The notes beneath the pieces are model-generated. The model saw nothing but the letters and a program-made list of their open reading frames with translations. It did no database searches and was not told the DNA's origin. A stretch of 64,000 nt of DNA, taken from assembly GCA_965205655.1 (NCBI GenBank), contig CBDBIJ010000058.1, positions 1 through 64,000 on the forward strand, read 5' to 3'. This document shows positions 37,587 to 48,249 of this stretch, in pieces. A program made the translations under genes and the position numbers. This DNA comes from Candidatus Latescibacterota bacterium. Lineage in GTDB: Bacteria; Latescibacterota; UBA2968; UBA8231. Within the stretch, counting starts at the first letter, position 1. Each line of letters begins with the position of its first letter.

Positions 37587-37778
37587 ATGGAAAACGCCTT
37601 GCCGTCTTGCCAGAAGTGCTCGAAAGGAGTGCTCGTACCGCTGTCCGACTACGGGAGAGATGGGGCCGCCATCCACTACAAGGCCTGGGTGTGCACCGAC
37701 CCCGAGTGCGGCTTCAACATCCGCATCGACAACGGTGAGCTCAGCATAGGGCGCGAGCTGAAAGAATCCTTCAAGTAG
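37587..37778 (+). CDS. Small zinc-ribbon protein of unknown function
   Basis: Strong GGAGG RBS; CQKC and CTDPEC; 63 aa. Confidence 0.75.
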   Translation: MENALPSCQKCSKGVLVPLSDYGRDGAAIHYKAWVCTDPECGFNIRIDNGELSIGRELKESFK

Positions 37779-37941
37779 CGGCCTCGCCCGGCTCCACCGC
37801 AGGGCCGGACCGAACAGCCGAGGTTCATGCCGGCGAGGTGGCAATCCCGGTTGCCGGCGACGAGCCGCCGGTCAGTCTCCGTCATTGTCTTTCTGTCCGC
37901 GTTTCCCGCGGTCAACTCAATCAACTGGCTGAATTGTCCCG

Positions 37942-38898
37942 GTGGCTGAGAAGTCGATAAGCAAAGGTCGCTTCGGCGAATGGGGAGCCATCGTCGCGGC
38001 CGTGGTGCTCGCATCACTGGTCTGGTTTCACGCGGTAACCGAGCACAGCTATCGCAGGGAGCTCACCGTGCCCCTGGTTGTCGAGGACCCGCCGGCCAGC
38101 GCCTCCGGCGGAGAGATGTTGGTCGCCAATCAGGTTCCCAGTGAGGCGCTGATTGTCGTCTCCGGTAGCGGCAAGGACCTGCTTTTCGATGTGAGGGGTG
38201 AGGATTTCCTGATCCGTGTCCAAGCGCCCAGCGGCCGGCCGGGAGCCCGCCTCCCCTTCAGGGTCACGACCGAGCTGGTCGAGAGACCGGACGTCGACGT
38301 CCGCGTCGAGGAGATCCTTCGACCGCGGGAAATCGAGGTGCTCCTTGAGCAACGAGCCGACAAGGAAGTTCCCATTCATCCATTCGTAAGGTTTCAGGTG
38401 GCAGATTCGTACACGCCAGTGGGAGGGGTGCGGCTAGAGCCCAAGTCGGTCCGCATCTCGGGGCCGCGCAGTCAGGTGGAATCAGTGCGAGTGATGCGCA
38501 CCGATTCCCTCGTGATGCCTCCGGTGTACGAGGACGTGGAGAAGAATCTGTCGCTGCGCCCGCCGTCCGGCTCGCGACTCGAGCTGAGCCACAGTTACGT
38601 AACGGTTCGGATCGACATTCAAGAGCTGGCCGAGTACGATATCCCGAGCGTGCCCGTGCAGATTCGCAATGCCAGGGGCATCGATCTCGTCGCCGAGCCC
38701 TCCCGAGTACAGGTCAGGGTGAAGGGCGGAGCGGATGTGATCGGTGGGCTCGACTCGGAACGAGACCTGAAACTCTACGTCGACCACGCGGCGTGGCTGA
38801 GGGACACACAGCAAGGCGGGATCGTCCACTGGGAACCCGACAGCCTGTTCGAGATTCGCCAGGTTGTACCGGCAGCCGTCAATATCGTCAGCCGCTGA
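37942..38898 (+). CDS. CdaR/YbbR-like repeat membrane protein
   Basis: N-terminal TM (LASLVWFH) and three repeats with P..V.(I/V).G motifs. Confidence 0.75.
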   Translation: MAEKSISKGRFGEWGAIVAAVVLASLVWFHAVTEHSYRRELTVPLVVEDPPASASGGEMLVANQVPSEALIVVSGSGKDLLFDVRGEDFLIRVQAPSGRPGARLPFRVTTELVERPDVDVRVEEILRPREIEVLLEQRADKEVPIHPFVRFQVADSYTPVGGVRLEPKSVRISGPRSQVESVRVMRTDSLVMPPVYEDVEKNLSLRPPSGSRLELSHSYVTVRIDIQELAEYDIPSVPVQIRNARGIDLVAEPSRVQVRVKGGADVIGGLDSERDLKLYVDHAAWLRDTQQGGIVHWEPDSLFEIRQVVPAAVNIVSR

Positions 38899-38950
38899 CC
38901 CGGGACCAGCTGCCGCCTTGCCCGGAACCGCCAGATAAGACAATCCTGAG

Positions 38951-39988
38951 ATGGTGACCTTCGGCCTTGAGACGTCGTGTGACGAGACCGCCGCAGCTGT
39001 GATGGCAGACATGGAGGTGCGGTCCAACGTCGTCCTGTCCCAGCTGGAGCACGGTCGCTACGGAGGCGTGGTGCCCGAGCTCGCATCGAGGGCCCATATC
39101 CGCGGCCTAATTCCCGTTATTGAGCAGGCACTCGAGCGGGCTCAGATCGGTCTTGCGGGGGTGGACGGCATCGCCGTGACGAGCGGTCCCGGGCTCGCCG
39201 GCTCGCTCATCGTCGGTATCAACGCCGCCAAAGGCCTGGCTCTGGCCGCAAACAAACCTCTGATCGGGGTAAACCACCTGGAGGGGCATATTTTCTCCAC
39301 GTTGATCGAGCACGAAATCGATCTGCCCTTCCTCACCCTCCTCGTCTCCGGCGGGCACACGGAACTCCTCCTCGTTCGCCAGCTCGGCGAGTACGACCTT
39401 CTCGGCCGCACCCTGGACGACGCCGCCGGGGAGGCCTTCGACAAGGTAGCCAAAATGCTCCGTCTTTTGCCTCCCGATGGGAGTGTGATAGGAGGGCGAG
39501 CCGTGGCCGCCAGCGCCGCCGACGGAGACGAAACCGCCTTCGCCTTTCCCCGTGCCATTCAGGACGAGGATCGGCTCGACTTCAGCTTCAGCGGCCTGAA
39601 GACGGCGGTGCTCAATCAGATCCGTCTGCTCGAGCGCGAAAACGATGGCACTGTGGACGGCCATGTCGCCGACCTGGCGGCCAGCTTTCAGGCCGCCGTC
39701 GTCGATGCCCTCCTCTCCAAGACCGTCCAGGCCATGCATACTACCGGTGTTCACAGAGTGGCATTGGCTGGAGGCGTGGCAGCGAACCGTCTTTTGAGGC
39801 GCCGGCTGCGGGACGCAGTAGAATCCCTGGGAGGCTCCTTCTACTCGCCCTCACCCCAATTGTGCACCGATAACGCCGCTATGATCGCCGCCGCAGGGCA
39901 GTTCCATCTGACCCGTGGCAGGTCCAGTGGATACGACCTGGACGCCCAGCCTCGGGCGCGCTGTGGGCAGCTGACCGCTCGCGGATGA
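38951..39988 (+). CDS. tsaD: tRNA N6-adenosine threonylcarbamoyltransferase
   Basis: GLETSCDET, GGVVPELASRAH, HLEGH, LVSGGHT, DDAAGEAFDK, FSFSGLKT and TDNAAMI. Confidence 0.97.
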   Translation: MVTFGLETSCDETAAAVMADMEVRSNVVLSQLEHGRYGGVVPELASRAHIRGLIPVIEQALERAQIGLAGVDGIAVTSGPGLAGSLIVGINAAKGLALAANKPLIGVNHLEGHIFSTLIEHEIDLPFLTLLVSGGHTELLLVRQLGEYDLLGRTLDDAAGEAFDKVAKMLRLLPPDGSVIGGRAVAASAADGDETAFAFPRAIQDEDRLDFSFSGLKTAVLNQIRLLERENDGTVDGHVADLAASFQAAVVDALLSKTVQAMHTTGVHRVALAGGVAANRLLRRRLRDAVESLGGSFYSPSPQLCTDNAAMIAAAGQFHLTRGRSSGYDLDAQPRARCGQLTARG

Positions 39989-42240
39989 GTGAGTGGCTCG
40001 AGCTCTCCGTCCATGCGGAGGGGCAGTGGCTCTACTTTCTGGCGATCCCACCAGCGCTCGTTTTCGCGTATTTCGCCTACGCGAAAACGCAGCCCACCGT
40101 CTCGGCAGCCGTGCGCAGGTGGGTCTGGCTGGCGCGCTCCCTCGCCCTCGTCCTGCTCCTCCTGCTGATTGCCGAACCAGTGCTCGGATTGCTCGGCAAG
40201 CGAGCCGCGCTGCCAATCGTGCTCGCCCTCATCGATACCAGTCCGAGCATGGGTGTCGAAGGCGAGAGGGGTGTCAGCCGCCTCGATCGGCTCGTGGAGG
40301 CGCTTGACGGCGATCTGCGCCGGGCGTTGTCCCATTGCGCGGTCGAGGCCTGGGGGTTTTCCGAGGAGCCCTATCGCGTCTCTTTGGACACCCTCACCAG
40401 TTTGACAAGCCGAGGCTATGGCACGGACGTGACTCGTGCTCTAACGAACGCGCTCGAGGAATCTGCGGAGCGCAGAGACGTCGCCGCTATTCTGCTTTTT
40501 TCCGACGGTCGCCACAATCTCGGCGACGATCCCGTCCGGGCAGCCTCGCTGGCAGAGGTTCCGCTGTACGCCTTCGGAGTCGGCGGATCGGAGGAGCACT
40601 CCCACGATGTGAGGATCGCCTCCGTGGAGGTGCCTTCACCAGTCTACACAGGCCAATCCTTCGAGGTGCAGGCAGTCGTTCGCAGCCAGGGACAGCTCCC
40701 CTTCGGGCCGATCGAACTTCTCCTCTTCGAAGACGGCGAACAGCTCGGCCGGCGTCAACTGTCGCTCGATCCGGAGGGGGGGCCACAGAAGGTCGCATTC
40801 GAAGTGACGGCCCCGGCTCCAGGCCCCCATTTCTATCGCGTCGTTGCCTACCCACTCGATGGAGAGCAGTCTCGTGACAACAACCAGGCGCTCGCTCACG
40901 TCAGCGTCTTCGAGGAGCGCGCCCATGTGCGCATCGCAACGGCCGCTCCGAATGCCGACTTTTCTTTTCTGAGGCGGGCCTTGCTGGCCGATTCGACACT
41001 GGAGGTCTCCGAGTATGTGGCATCACCAGGCGCCCCTCGCGAACGATCGCAAGCCGCCGCGGACCTGTCCGCCGTAGATGTCATCGCCGTCGTCGATCCA
41101 AGCGCGGATTTCTTGAGCGACTCAGGACTCGGTCTTGCCGTGGACGAACACGTGCGGACCGGTGGCGGACTCCTATTCATCGGCGGCGTCAAAAGTGCGA
41201 GCTCCTGGCGGCCCGATTCGCCGCTTGCGGCGGCCCTCCCGTTCACGATGCCGACGAAAGCAGGACTCGCGGATGGCGAATCCCAGCTGGCCCTGTCTCC
41301 GGCGGGAAGAGATCATCCGGCGCTGCGCGTCAATCCCAACACAGCAGAGAGCGCGGTGGCCCCCGGCATACCGCTGAACGATCCCTGGAAACAGCTGCCG
41401 CCCCTTCCAGGCCGGCTCGCGGGGGTGCGTCCGCGCGAGGGGGCGATCGTACTGCTGAACGCGTCGGTGACCAGGTGGGCGGCCGCCTCGGGAAAACAGC
41501 CCGCTCCGGAGCCGATCGTCCTGGCGGGACGACACGGACACGGCAGGGTCATCGCCGCGGCCGCCGGAGGCTTCTGGCGCCTCGACCTCATGAGCGCGAG
41601 CGTCGGCGGGCCGTCACGCACCATTCGAGAGTTCTGGACCGCAGCGACGAAATGGCTGGCAACCCGAACTCCTCCAGGACGCGTCAAGGCGTCGACGGAG
41701 AAGTTCATTTACCGGGCCGCAGAGCCGGTCGGCGTCGTCGCCGAGGTTTTTGACGATCTCATGAGGCCCGAGACCACGGCCGATGTGGAAGTGCGAGTAT
41801 GGCAGTCTGGCAGTGAGGGGCATCAAGGTGTCGGATCGGGAAGGTCCCTCCGTCGAATTCTCGAGCCGCTGACGTCGGGCCGGTACCGCGCCGAGCTGCC
41901 GGGTATGGAGCCGGGAGAGTATTCCTACACGGTGGAGGCTCACGCGAGGCGACAGCTCGTCGGCAGTCACGAGGGCCGTTTTGTGGTGGAGGAACAAACA
42001 GTCGAATCGATCGACATGACTCCAGACGATCCGCAGCTCTCCGAGATCGCGCGGGCGAGTGGCGGCGAATACCGGCCCTACCGCGAATGGCGCGGTGTGG
42101 TGTCGGAGCTCAACACGCCGCCGCGCCTCATCGCAGACGAGAGGTCGATTGCGCTTTGGGGCAGGACGTCGCTTCTGACGCTGCTGATCTGTCTGCTCGC
42201 CGCCGAGTGGCTCGTTCGCAAGAGGGCCGGCATGCTATGA
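39985..42240 (+). CDS. Membrane-anchored vWA-domain protein with Ig-like and GATase-like domains
   Basis: Two N-terminal TMs, MIDAS DTSPS...T...SDG, GGGLLFIGG, and C-terminal TM AEWLVRKRAG. Confidence 0.8.
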   Translation: MSEWLELSVHAEGQWLYFLAIPPALVFAYFAYAKTQPTVSAAVRRWVWLARSLALVLLLLLIAEPVLGLLGKRAALPIVLALIDTSPSMGVEGERGVSRLDRLVEALDGDLRRALSHCAVEAWGFSEEPYRVSLDTLTSLTSRGYGTDVTRALTNALEESAERRDVAAILLFSDGRHNLGDDPVRAASLAEVPLYAFGVGGSEEHSHDVRIASVEVPSPVYTGQSFEVQAVVRSQGQLPFGPIELLLFEDGEQLGRRQLSLDPEGGPQKVAFEVTAPAPGPHFYRVVAYPLDGEQSRDNNQALAHVSVFEERAHVRIATAAPNADFSFLRRALLADSTLEVSEYVASPGAPRERSQAAADLSAVDVIAVVDPSADFLSDSGLGLAVDEHVRTGGGLLFIGGVKSASSWRPDSPLAAALPFTMPTKAGLADGESQLALSPAGRDHPALRVNPNTAESAVAPGIPLNDPWKQLPPLPGRLAGVRPREGAIVLLNASVTRWAAASGKQPAPEPIVLAGRHGHGRVIAAAAGGFWRLDLMSASVGGPSRTIREFWTAATKWLATRTPPGRVKASTEKFIYRAAEPVGVVAEVFDDLMRPETTADVEVRVWQSGSEGHQGVGSGRSLRRILEPLTSGRYRAELPGMEPGEYSYTVEAHARRQLVGSHEGRFVVEEQTVESIDMTPDDPQLSEIARASGGEYRPYREWRGVVSELNTPPRLIADERSIALWGRTSLLTLLICLLAAEWLVRKRAGML

Positions 42241-43130
42241 AGGCCGTCGTGCTGGGCTGTGCTCTACAGGGTTCATTGTTTCTCCCGGTTGCCCTCCATG
42301 GCACAACGGTCAGGGACAGCATCGACCTCTCCGAATCCGTCGTGCTCAACGAGGTCATGTACAATCCAATCGGACCAGAGTCGCACGATGAATTCATCGT
42401 GCTCGTCAACACCAGCCAGACGGAATGGCTCGACCTGACCGGATGGCGGCTGGGAGATGCAGACGAGCTGGATCAGCTGGAGGGAGCTGGTGACGGGCTA
42501 CTGCTGGCGCCGGGACAATTCGGTCTCGTTCTCGACGGCAGCTACTTCGGTCAATCTGCGACATACGATTCAATGCGGGGTAAGGCGGTTATGCTTACTA
42601 TTGATGACCGGGCATTCGGGCGGGCAGGCTGGTCCAACTCCAGCGCAGAGGTCGTGATCCTGTGCAATCCCCAGGGAGACACTCTCGACCAGTTCGCCTA
42701 CGAGCCGACCGGGAAGGCCGGCCTCTCGTGGGAGAGAGTCGATCTGACCGCCCAGCCAGGGCGCCCCAACTGGGCCCCCTCCCTGATAGTGGGAGGGACT
42801 CCCGGCGCTCCGAACAGCGTCGGCGAACTCACGGTCGGGCACGCGGAAATCGACGCTGAGCCAGATCCATTCTCGGAGGCGGTCGATATCGCTTTCAGCC
42901 TCCCTGGCGGCCCGGCTCTGGTCAGCATCTGGATGTACGACATCGAGGGTCAGCGCCTGCGGACCCTGCTCGAGGGCGAGGAAACCGGCCCGCGCGGGCA
43001 GGTGCGCTGGGACGGTGAGGACGGGGATGGAAGGGCGATTCTCGCAGGCATGTACATCGCCTACCTCGAGGCCGGTATCGGGGGCCGCGTGTTTCGGTCG
43101 AAGAGAGTGATCGTGCGACGGCTGCCCTGA
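42237..43130 (+). CDS. Lamin-tail-domain protein with FlgD-like CTD
   Basis: ATGA overlap with the upstream gene; VVLNEVMYNP...EFI.L.N...DLTGWRL; GTPGAPNS; PDPFS...YDIEG...WDG. Confidence 0.8.
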   Translation: MKAVVLGCALQGSLFLPVALHGTTVRDSIDLSESVVLNEVMYNPIGPESHDEFIVLVNTSQTEWLDLTGWRLGDADELDQLEGAGDGLLLAPGQFGLVLDGSYFGQSATYDSMRGKAVMLTIDDRAFGRAGWSNSSAEVVILCNPQGDTLDQFAYEPTGKAGLSWERVDLTAQPGRPNWAPSLIVGGTPGAPNSVGELTVGHAEIDAEPDPFSEAVDIAFSLPGGPALVSIWMYDIEGQRLRTLLEGEETGPRGQVRWDGEDGDGRAILAGMYIAYLEAGIGGRVFRSKRVIVRRLP

Positions 43131-43272
43131 CGGGCGACGGCGCGCGATCCATGACCTGATTCGTCCCCGACACGCCAGACGGCTGACGCACCCATCCCCC
43201 CTTTGCTTCTTCCGACCGCCATCCTCTCGGCGGACCAACGTCCTCGCAGATCAGATAGGGAATCCGTACGCT

Positions 43273-45729
43273 ATGGTAAGGGCACCAATGTCTGCTGAAG
43301 TGGCACATCGGTTCGTCGCCAGCAGGAAGGGATCCCATATCACCGGTGTCGCCCTGGTGGCGCTGGGGGCCTTCCTCCTCATCAGTCTGGCGACCTACTC
43401 CAAATTCGATGCGCCGGGGTCGAGCGGGCTCGTTTCCAGCATGAACGCCACGGCTCACAAGACCTTCAACTGGGGCGGCAAAATCGGGGCGTACACCGCG
43501 TATGCCGCTTTTACCGCGGCGGGCTTCGCCGCTTTTCTCGCCCCAGCCCTCGCCCTCCTGTGGGGCTGGAATCGACTTCGTCAGAGGCCCTTCAGAAGAG
43601 ATGTCGTTCGCAGCGTCGGGCTCATCGGGCTCGCCACGCTGTGGTGCTTGGGATCGGGGCTGCCACCGTTCACCAAGTACACGGCCTTTGAGCTTGGCGG
43701 CTGGCTCGGAACGAAAACGGCGTCGCAGATCCTCATTCCGTACGCCGGCCGTATCGGCGCGGCCGTCGTCCTGGGGGCCCTCTTCATCGCGTCAGCGATG
43801 CTGTGCACGGAAGTGGATCCGCGCCGTGTTGGCAGGGCCATCTCGAATGCCGTGCGGGGCGTGGCGCGGATGTGGTTGAGGATCGGCGGCATCGGCCCGC
43901 GCTTGCATCGACAGGTGTTCGGCTTTCTGCGAAACAGACGACAGATCCGTGCGCCTGGGCGATCGCTGCCGGGCGGGGATGACGGGCGGTGGCCGCGAGT
44001 GCGGCATCGACCTGAAATGGCTCAATTGGACCCGGATCGGTCTTCGACTGATCATGACTTCCCCCCGGTGAGTGGCCCGCGGATCTCTCCGATTGCCGAC
44101 AGGATGGCCGGGACCTTTGATGACGAAACGCAGGAGGGAGAAGCTTCGTTCGCTCCCGATTCCGGGATCGAAGGGTCACACAAGCGCGTCACTGACCACG
44201 GGATCGTCGAATCGACGAGCCGAGGGCGCCGGGGCGTCGTAGGCAGCAGCAGCTACAAGATTCCGACCTCGAGCCTGCTGGACTCCACGCCGGGAGATGA
44301 CGGTTCGCACGAGCGAGACATCCTCGTGGAAAACGCGCGGGTACTGGAAGAGGCATTGAATGATTTCGACGTCGAGGGCAAGGTCGTCGAGGTGAGCCCC
44401 GGTCCGGTCGTGACCCGGTACGAGGTCGAGCCGGCGGCAGGTGTAAAGGTCAATCGCATCGTCACCCTTTCAGACGACCTGGCTCGGGTGATGAGCGCCC
44501 AGGGAATCCGCATCCAGGCCCCAGTTCCCGGCAAGTCCGTCGTCGGCGTGGAGATCGCCAATCGCGATAGCGATACCGTATACCTGCGCGAAATAGTGGA
44601 GTCATCAGCGTTCCGACGAGCCGACTGCGGCCTGCCCATGGCGCTGGGTAAAACGATCACCGGCGAGCCCTTTGTCGCCGACCTGGCGAAAATGCCCCAT
44701 CTGCTCGTTGCCGGGGCCACCGGCTCGGGAAAGAGCGTGTGCATCAACAGTCTCATAGCGAGCATCCTGTTCAAGGCCAGCCCTGAGCAGGTGCGCCTGC
44801 TCATGATCGATCCGAAGGTGGTGGAGTTGACGATGTACAACGACATCCCCCACCTGCTCGTCCCGGTGGTGACCGATCCGAAACGAGCCTCCGAAGCGCT
44901 CAAGTGGGCGGTTGCAGAGATGGAGTCGAGATATCAGCTCCTGGCCGAACTCGGCGTTCGCAATCTCACCGACTACAACGCCAAGGTCGAGAAAATGGAA
45001 GCCGACAGCGATCTCGAGGAGGAGGGGGACGGGCACAAGACCCTTCCCTGCATCGTCGTCGTCATCGACGAGTTCTCCGACCTGATGTTGACGGCACCGG
45101 CCGACGTGGAAACGTCCCTGATGAGTCTGGCTCAAAAGTCGAGGGCGGTGGGCATTCACATCATCCTGGCGACTCAGCGGCCTTCCGTCAACGTCATCAC
45201 CGGAGTGATCAAGGCCAATTTCCCGTCGCGTATCGCCTTTCAAGTGGCGTCTAAAACAGACTCGCGGACCATCCTGGACCTGAACGGCGCCGAACGGCTT
45301 CTGGGGAAGGGAGATATGCTCTTCTTGCCCAGTGGCCAGGGCGAGCCGATTCGGATTCATGGCGCTTTCATCTCCGGAGAGGAGACCGAGCGGCTCGTAG
45401 AGGCGATCAAAGAGACCAACTACCAGGCCGAGGAGGTTGCCGTGTTCCTTGGCCGTGCGGATATTCATTCGCCGCCGCAGGAGAGGGATTCCCTCTTCGA
45501 CGAGGCCGTAAAGGTGCTGGTCGAATATGGGCAAGCCTCGACTTCATTCCTGCAGCGCCGTATGAAAGTGGGATACTCCCGGGCTGCCCGCCTCATGGAT
45601 GAGCTGGAGGGAGCTGGCATCGTGGGGCCGGCCGAGGGGGCGAAACCCAGAGAGATTCTCATCGAAACCGAAGCCGGCGAAACGACTGCAGTCGACGAGG
45701 TTGCGCACGACATGGCAGGTGAGCGTTGA
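43273..45729 (+). CDS. ftsK: DNA translocase FtsK
   Basis: 4-TM N-domain, PGPVVTRYE, Walker A GATGSGKS, IDEFSD, ATQRPS, and gamma domain LQRRMKVGYSRAARL. Confidence 0.96.
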   Translation: MVRAPMSAEVAHRFVASRKGSHITGVALVALGAFLLISLATYSKFDAPGSSGLVSSMNATAHKTFNWGGKIGAYTAYAAFTAAGFAAFLAPALALLWGWNRLRQRPFRRDVVRSVGLIGLATLWCLGSGLPPFTKYTAFELGGWLGTKTASQILIPYAGRIGAAVVLGALFIASAMLCTEVDPRRVGRAISNAVRGVARMWLRIGGIGPRLHRQVFGFLRNRRQIRAPGRSLPGGDDGRWPRVRHRPEMAQLDPDRSSTDHDFPPVSGPRISPIADRMAGTFDDETQEGEASFAPDSGIEGSHKRVTDHGIVESTSRGRRGVVGSSSYKIPTSSLLDSTPGDDGSHERDILVENARVLEEALNDFDVEGKVVEVSPGPVVTRYEVEPAAGVKVNRIVTLSDDLARVMSAQGIRIQAPVPGKSVVGVEIANRDSDTVYLREIVESSAFRRADCGLPMALGKTITGEPFVADLAKMPHLLVAGATGSGKSVCINSLIASILFKASPEQVRLLMIDPKVVELTMYNDIPHLLVPVVTDPKRASEALKWAVAEMESRYQLLAELGVRNLTDYNAKVEKMEADSDLEEEGDGHKTLPCIVVVIDEFSDLMLTAPADVETSLMSLAQKSRAVGIHIILATQRPSVNVITGVIKANFPSRIAFQVASKTDSRTILDLNGAERLLGKGDMLFLPSGQGEPIRIHGAFISGEETERLVEAIKETNYQAEEVAVFLGRADIHSPPQERDSLFDEAVKVLVEYGQASTSFLQRRMKVGYSRAARLMDELEGAGIVGPAEGAKPREILIETEAGETTAVDEVAHDMAGER

Positions 45730-46415
45730 GGTTGGGACCTCCAGCCCTCCTCGTCCTCGCCCTTTCAATCGCCTCCCTCTCCACGTCAGTGGCGGCGATC
45801 ACGGGCGCTGAGGTCATCGAGCGAATGCGGAAAAGCTTCGCCAAGTCGAAGACCTTCTCCGCGAAGTTCGAAAATCGCTTTTACTGGGCCGTGCTCGATA
45901 AGCAGCTGACTCGGGGAGGTCGAATTTTCACTCGCAAACCGGGCCAATTTCGGGTCGAGGTGGATGACGGCGATCTGGTGGTCTCGGACGGCAAAGCCAT
46001 CTGGGCCTACGGTTCGGAAAATGAACAGGTGGTAGTCACTCCCTCGACTGGAGATTTGAGAACGCCCTGGGAGATCCTCATCGAGTACTCCGAGGGTTTC
46101 GCGCCTGTAGCCGTGGAAGAAACGCGGTTGGAGGGGAGTGCCTCCTACGCCATCACTCTCGAGCCCCGACCCGGTGCACCCTACCTGGCCGCGGGCGGCC
46201 GGGTAGTGAGGATGAAGATTTGGGTCGACAAGAAGCGCTGGCACCTGCTACAAGCAGAGCAGCTGGAGTCGAATGACGACGTGCGGACCTACATCCTGAC
46301 CGAGCACAAGACGAACAAGAAGCTCGATGACGCTCTCTTCTCGTTCGTGCCCCCCGAGGGCGTGGAGGTGATCGACCGCAGGGCCTTCGTCGAAGAGCCC
46401 GCGCTCGATGACTGA
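45726..46415 (+). CDS. lolA: Outer-membrane lipoprotein carrier protein
   Basis: Signal peptide, KPGQFR, VSDGKAIW.Y...EQV and FSFVPPEGVEVID. Located directly after ftsK. Confidence 0.85.
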   Translation: MRLGPPALLVLALSIASLSTSVAAITGAEVIERMRKSFAKSKTFSAKFENRFYWAVLDKQLTRGGRIFTRKPGQFRVEVDDGDLVVSDGKAIWAYGSENEQVVVTPSTGDLRTPWEILIEYSEGFAPVAVEETRLEGSASYAITLEPRPGAPYLAAGGRVVRMKIWVDKKRWHLLQAEQLESNDDVRTYILTEHKTNKKLDDALFSFVPPEGVEVIDRRAFVEEPALDD

Positions 46416-48237
46416 CCCGCCTCTACGGGTATCAGCTCTTTCCCTCACTCGCAACGGACTAGTCCTCACGGTGGCGAGCCCCCATTACCTCGCATTCGTC
46501 CTGCCCCTGCTCAGCGTCTTCGAATTGAGCGCGCAACCTTTTTCCCCCACTCCAACGGATCGGGGCGTCTGGGTCTTCCTGGGCGATAAGCCGGACGCGC
46601 ACGGCCTTCACCGTGTCGTCTGGCCGGAGCTCCAGGAACTGAAAGTGTCGCCCGATCTGGATCTGCCGCTCGACCCAGAATTCGTGCGCGAAATCGAAGG
46701 CCTCGTCTCCAAGGTCCGCGCCACCTCGCGGTGGCTGAATGCGGTGTCGGTGCAGGCGACTCCCGAGCAAGTAAAGCAGCTGACCGCCCTGTCCTTCGTT
46801 CGACACACACAGCCGGTGGGACGGTTGACGCACCCTCCGACGACGGCCCTCGATCCAGTCGAGGCACCCTCGTCAAAAGCGGTCACAGCAGTCCAGGAGG
46901 ACTATGGACCCTCTTTCGATCAGCTGTCTACCATCGGCGTGACCATGCTACACGGGAGCGGCTTTCGAGGACAGGGAATCAGAATCGGCCTGCTCGACAG
47001 CGGCTTCAACTACCGCGACCACTTTGCGTTCTCGCGGCTGCAGGTCGTGGCGGAGCGGGACTTCATCAACGCGGACGACGACGCATCCGACGAGGAGTCC
47101 GAACCGGTAACCGGAGACGAAACCGAGCTGGTTCCATTCGGGAACATCGAGACCGGTCAGAATCACCACGGGACGCGGGTGCTTTCCCTGCTCGGCGGCT
47201 ACGCGTCCGGCCGACTCATCGGCGTAGCCCACGAGGCGGAATACATTCTGGCCAAGACGGAGGAAGTGGAGCGGGAGCTGTCCGCCGAAGAAGACCGGTG
47301 GATCGCCGGTTTGGAGTGGATCGTCGACGAGGGGGCACAGGTCGTAAACTCCTCCCTTGGGTGGACGGAATTCGATGACGGCGTCGGCTACAGTCAGGGC
47401 GATCTGGACGGCGCAACGGCCCCGGCAACCATCGCCGCAGAAATCGCCGTGGCCAGGGGAGTCGTCGTGGTCGTATCGGCGGGCAACGAGGGTGCCGGGG
47501 CATGGCGCTACGTCACCGTTCCCGCCGACGGCCCCGGCGTCATCGCCGTCGGCTCGGTAGGGGTGCTCAACAACAGGATCGACCCGAACAGCTCGCGCGG
47601 ACCGACAGCGGACGGTCGCATCAAGCCGGATGTGGTGGCTCCGGGTAAGAGCGTCGTCACCACCACCGGTCGGTCGGCCTCGCGAAACTCCGAGCGACGA
47701 GAGACCTTCGCATTGGAGGAGTACGAGCGAATCAGCGGCACATCCTTCGCGGCGCCGCTCGTGAGTGGAGTGTGCGCCCTGCTCTTGCAGATACATCCAA
47801 CCTGGACACCCGAGCAGATAGCCGAGGCCCTCCGCACCACTGCGGCCGATCTGGGAACAGCGGGGCCGGACACGATCTATGGATGGGGTCTGGTGGACGC
47901 GGCGGCCGCCAGCGACCTTTCCTTCGACATCCCCACTGCGAGCGCGGGTCGAGCCCCGTTCCCCAATCCGGTGATCGTCCATGCCACCGGCGCCAGCGTC
48001 TTCTTTCCCATCCAGCTGGCTGCCAGCGACTTCGTGTCCGCCCACATCTACGACCTGGCGGGAAATTTGGTAGATGAGATCGAGGAGATTCAATTCGAGG
48101 CGGGGATACACGAGAGTCCGGATCGAGCGCTGCGATGGGAGGTCCCTACAGGCATCGCCTCCGGGCTGTACTACTACCGCCTGTTCGGGTCCACCCTCAG
48201 CCAGACCGGCACACTCGCCGTATTGAGACGGTCGTGA
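46408..48237 (+). CDS. S8 (subtilisin-like) serine peptidase with a C-terminal sorting-like domain
   Basis: Catalytic triad LLDSG, HHGT, GTSFAAP; oxyanion SAGN; tail PFPNP...IYDLAG...SGLYYY. Confidence 0.92.
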   Translation: MTDPPLRVSALSLTRNGLVLTVASPHYLAFVLPLLSVFELSAQPFSPTPTDRGVWVFLGDKPDAHGLHRVVWPELQELKVSPDLDLPLDPEFVREIEGLVSKVRATSRWLNAVSVQATPEQVKQLTALSFVRHTQPVGRLTHPPTTALDPVEAPSSKAVTAVQEDYGPSFDQLSTIGVTMLHGSGFRGQGIRIGLLDSGFNYRDHFAFSRLQVVAERDFINADDDASDEESEPVTGDETELVPFGNIETGQNHHGTRVLSLLGGYASGRLIGVAHEAEYILAKTEEVERELSAEEDRWIAGLEWIVDEGAQVVNSSLGWTEFDDGVGYSQGDLDGATAPATIAAEIAVARGVVVVVSAGNEGAGAWRYVTVPADGPGVIAVGSVGVLNNRIDPNSSRGPTADGRIKPDVVAPGKSVVTTTGRSASRNSERRETFALEEYERISGTSFAAPLVSGVCALLLQIHPTWTPEQIAEALRTTAADLGTAGPDTIYGWGLVDAAAASDLSFDIPTASAGRAPFPNPVIVHATGASVFFPIQLAASDFVSAHIYDLAGNLVDEIEEIQFEAGIHESPDRALRWEVPTGIASGLYYYRLFGSTLSQTGTLAVLRRS

Positions 48238-48249
48238 GGTCGCGCCGGG

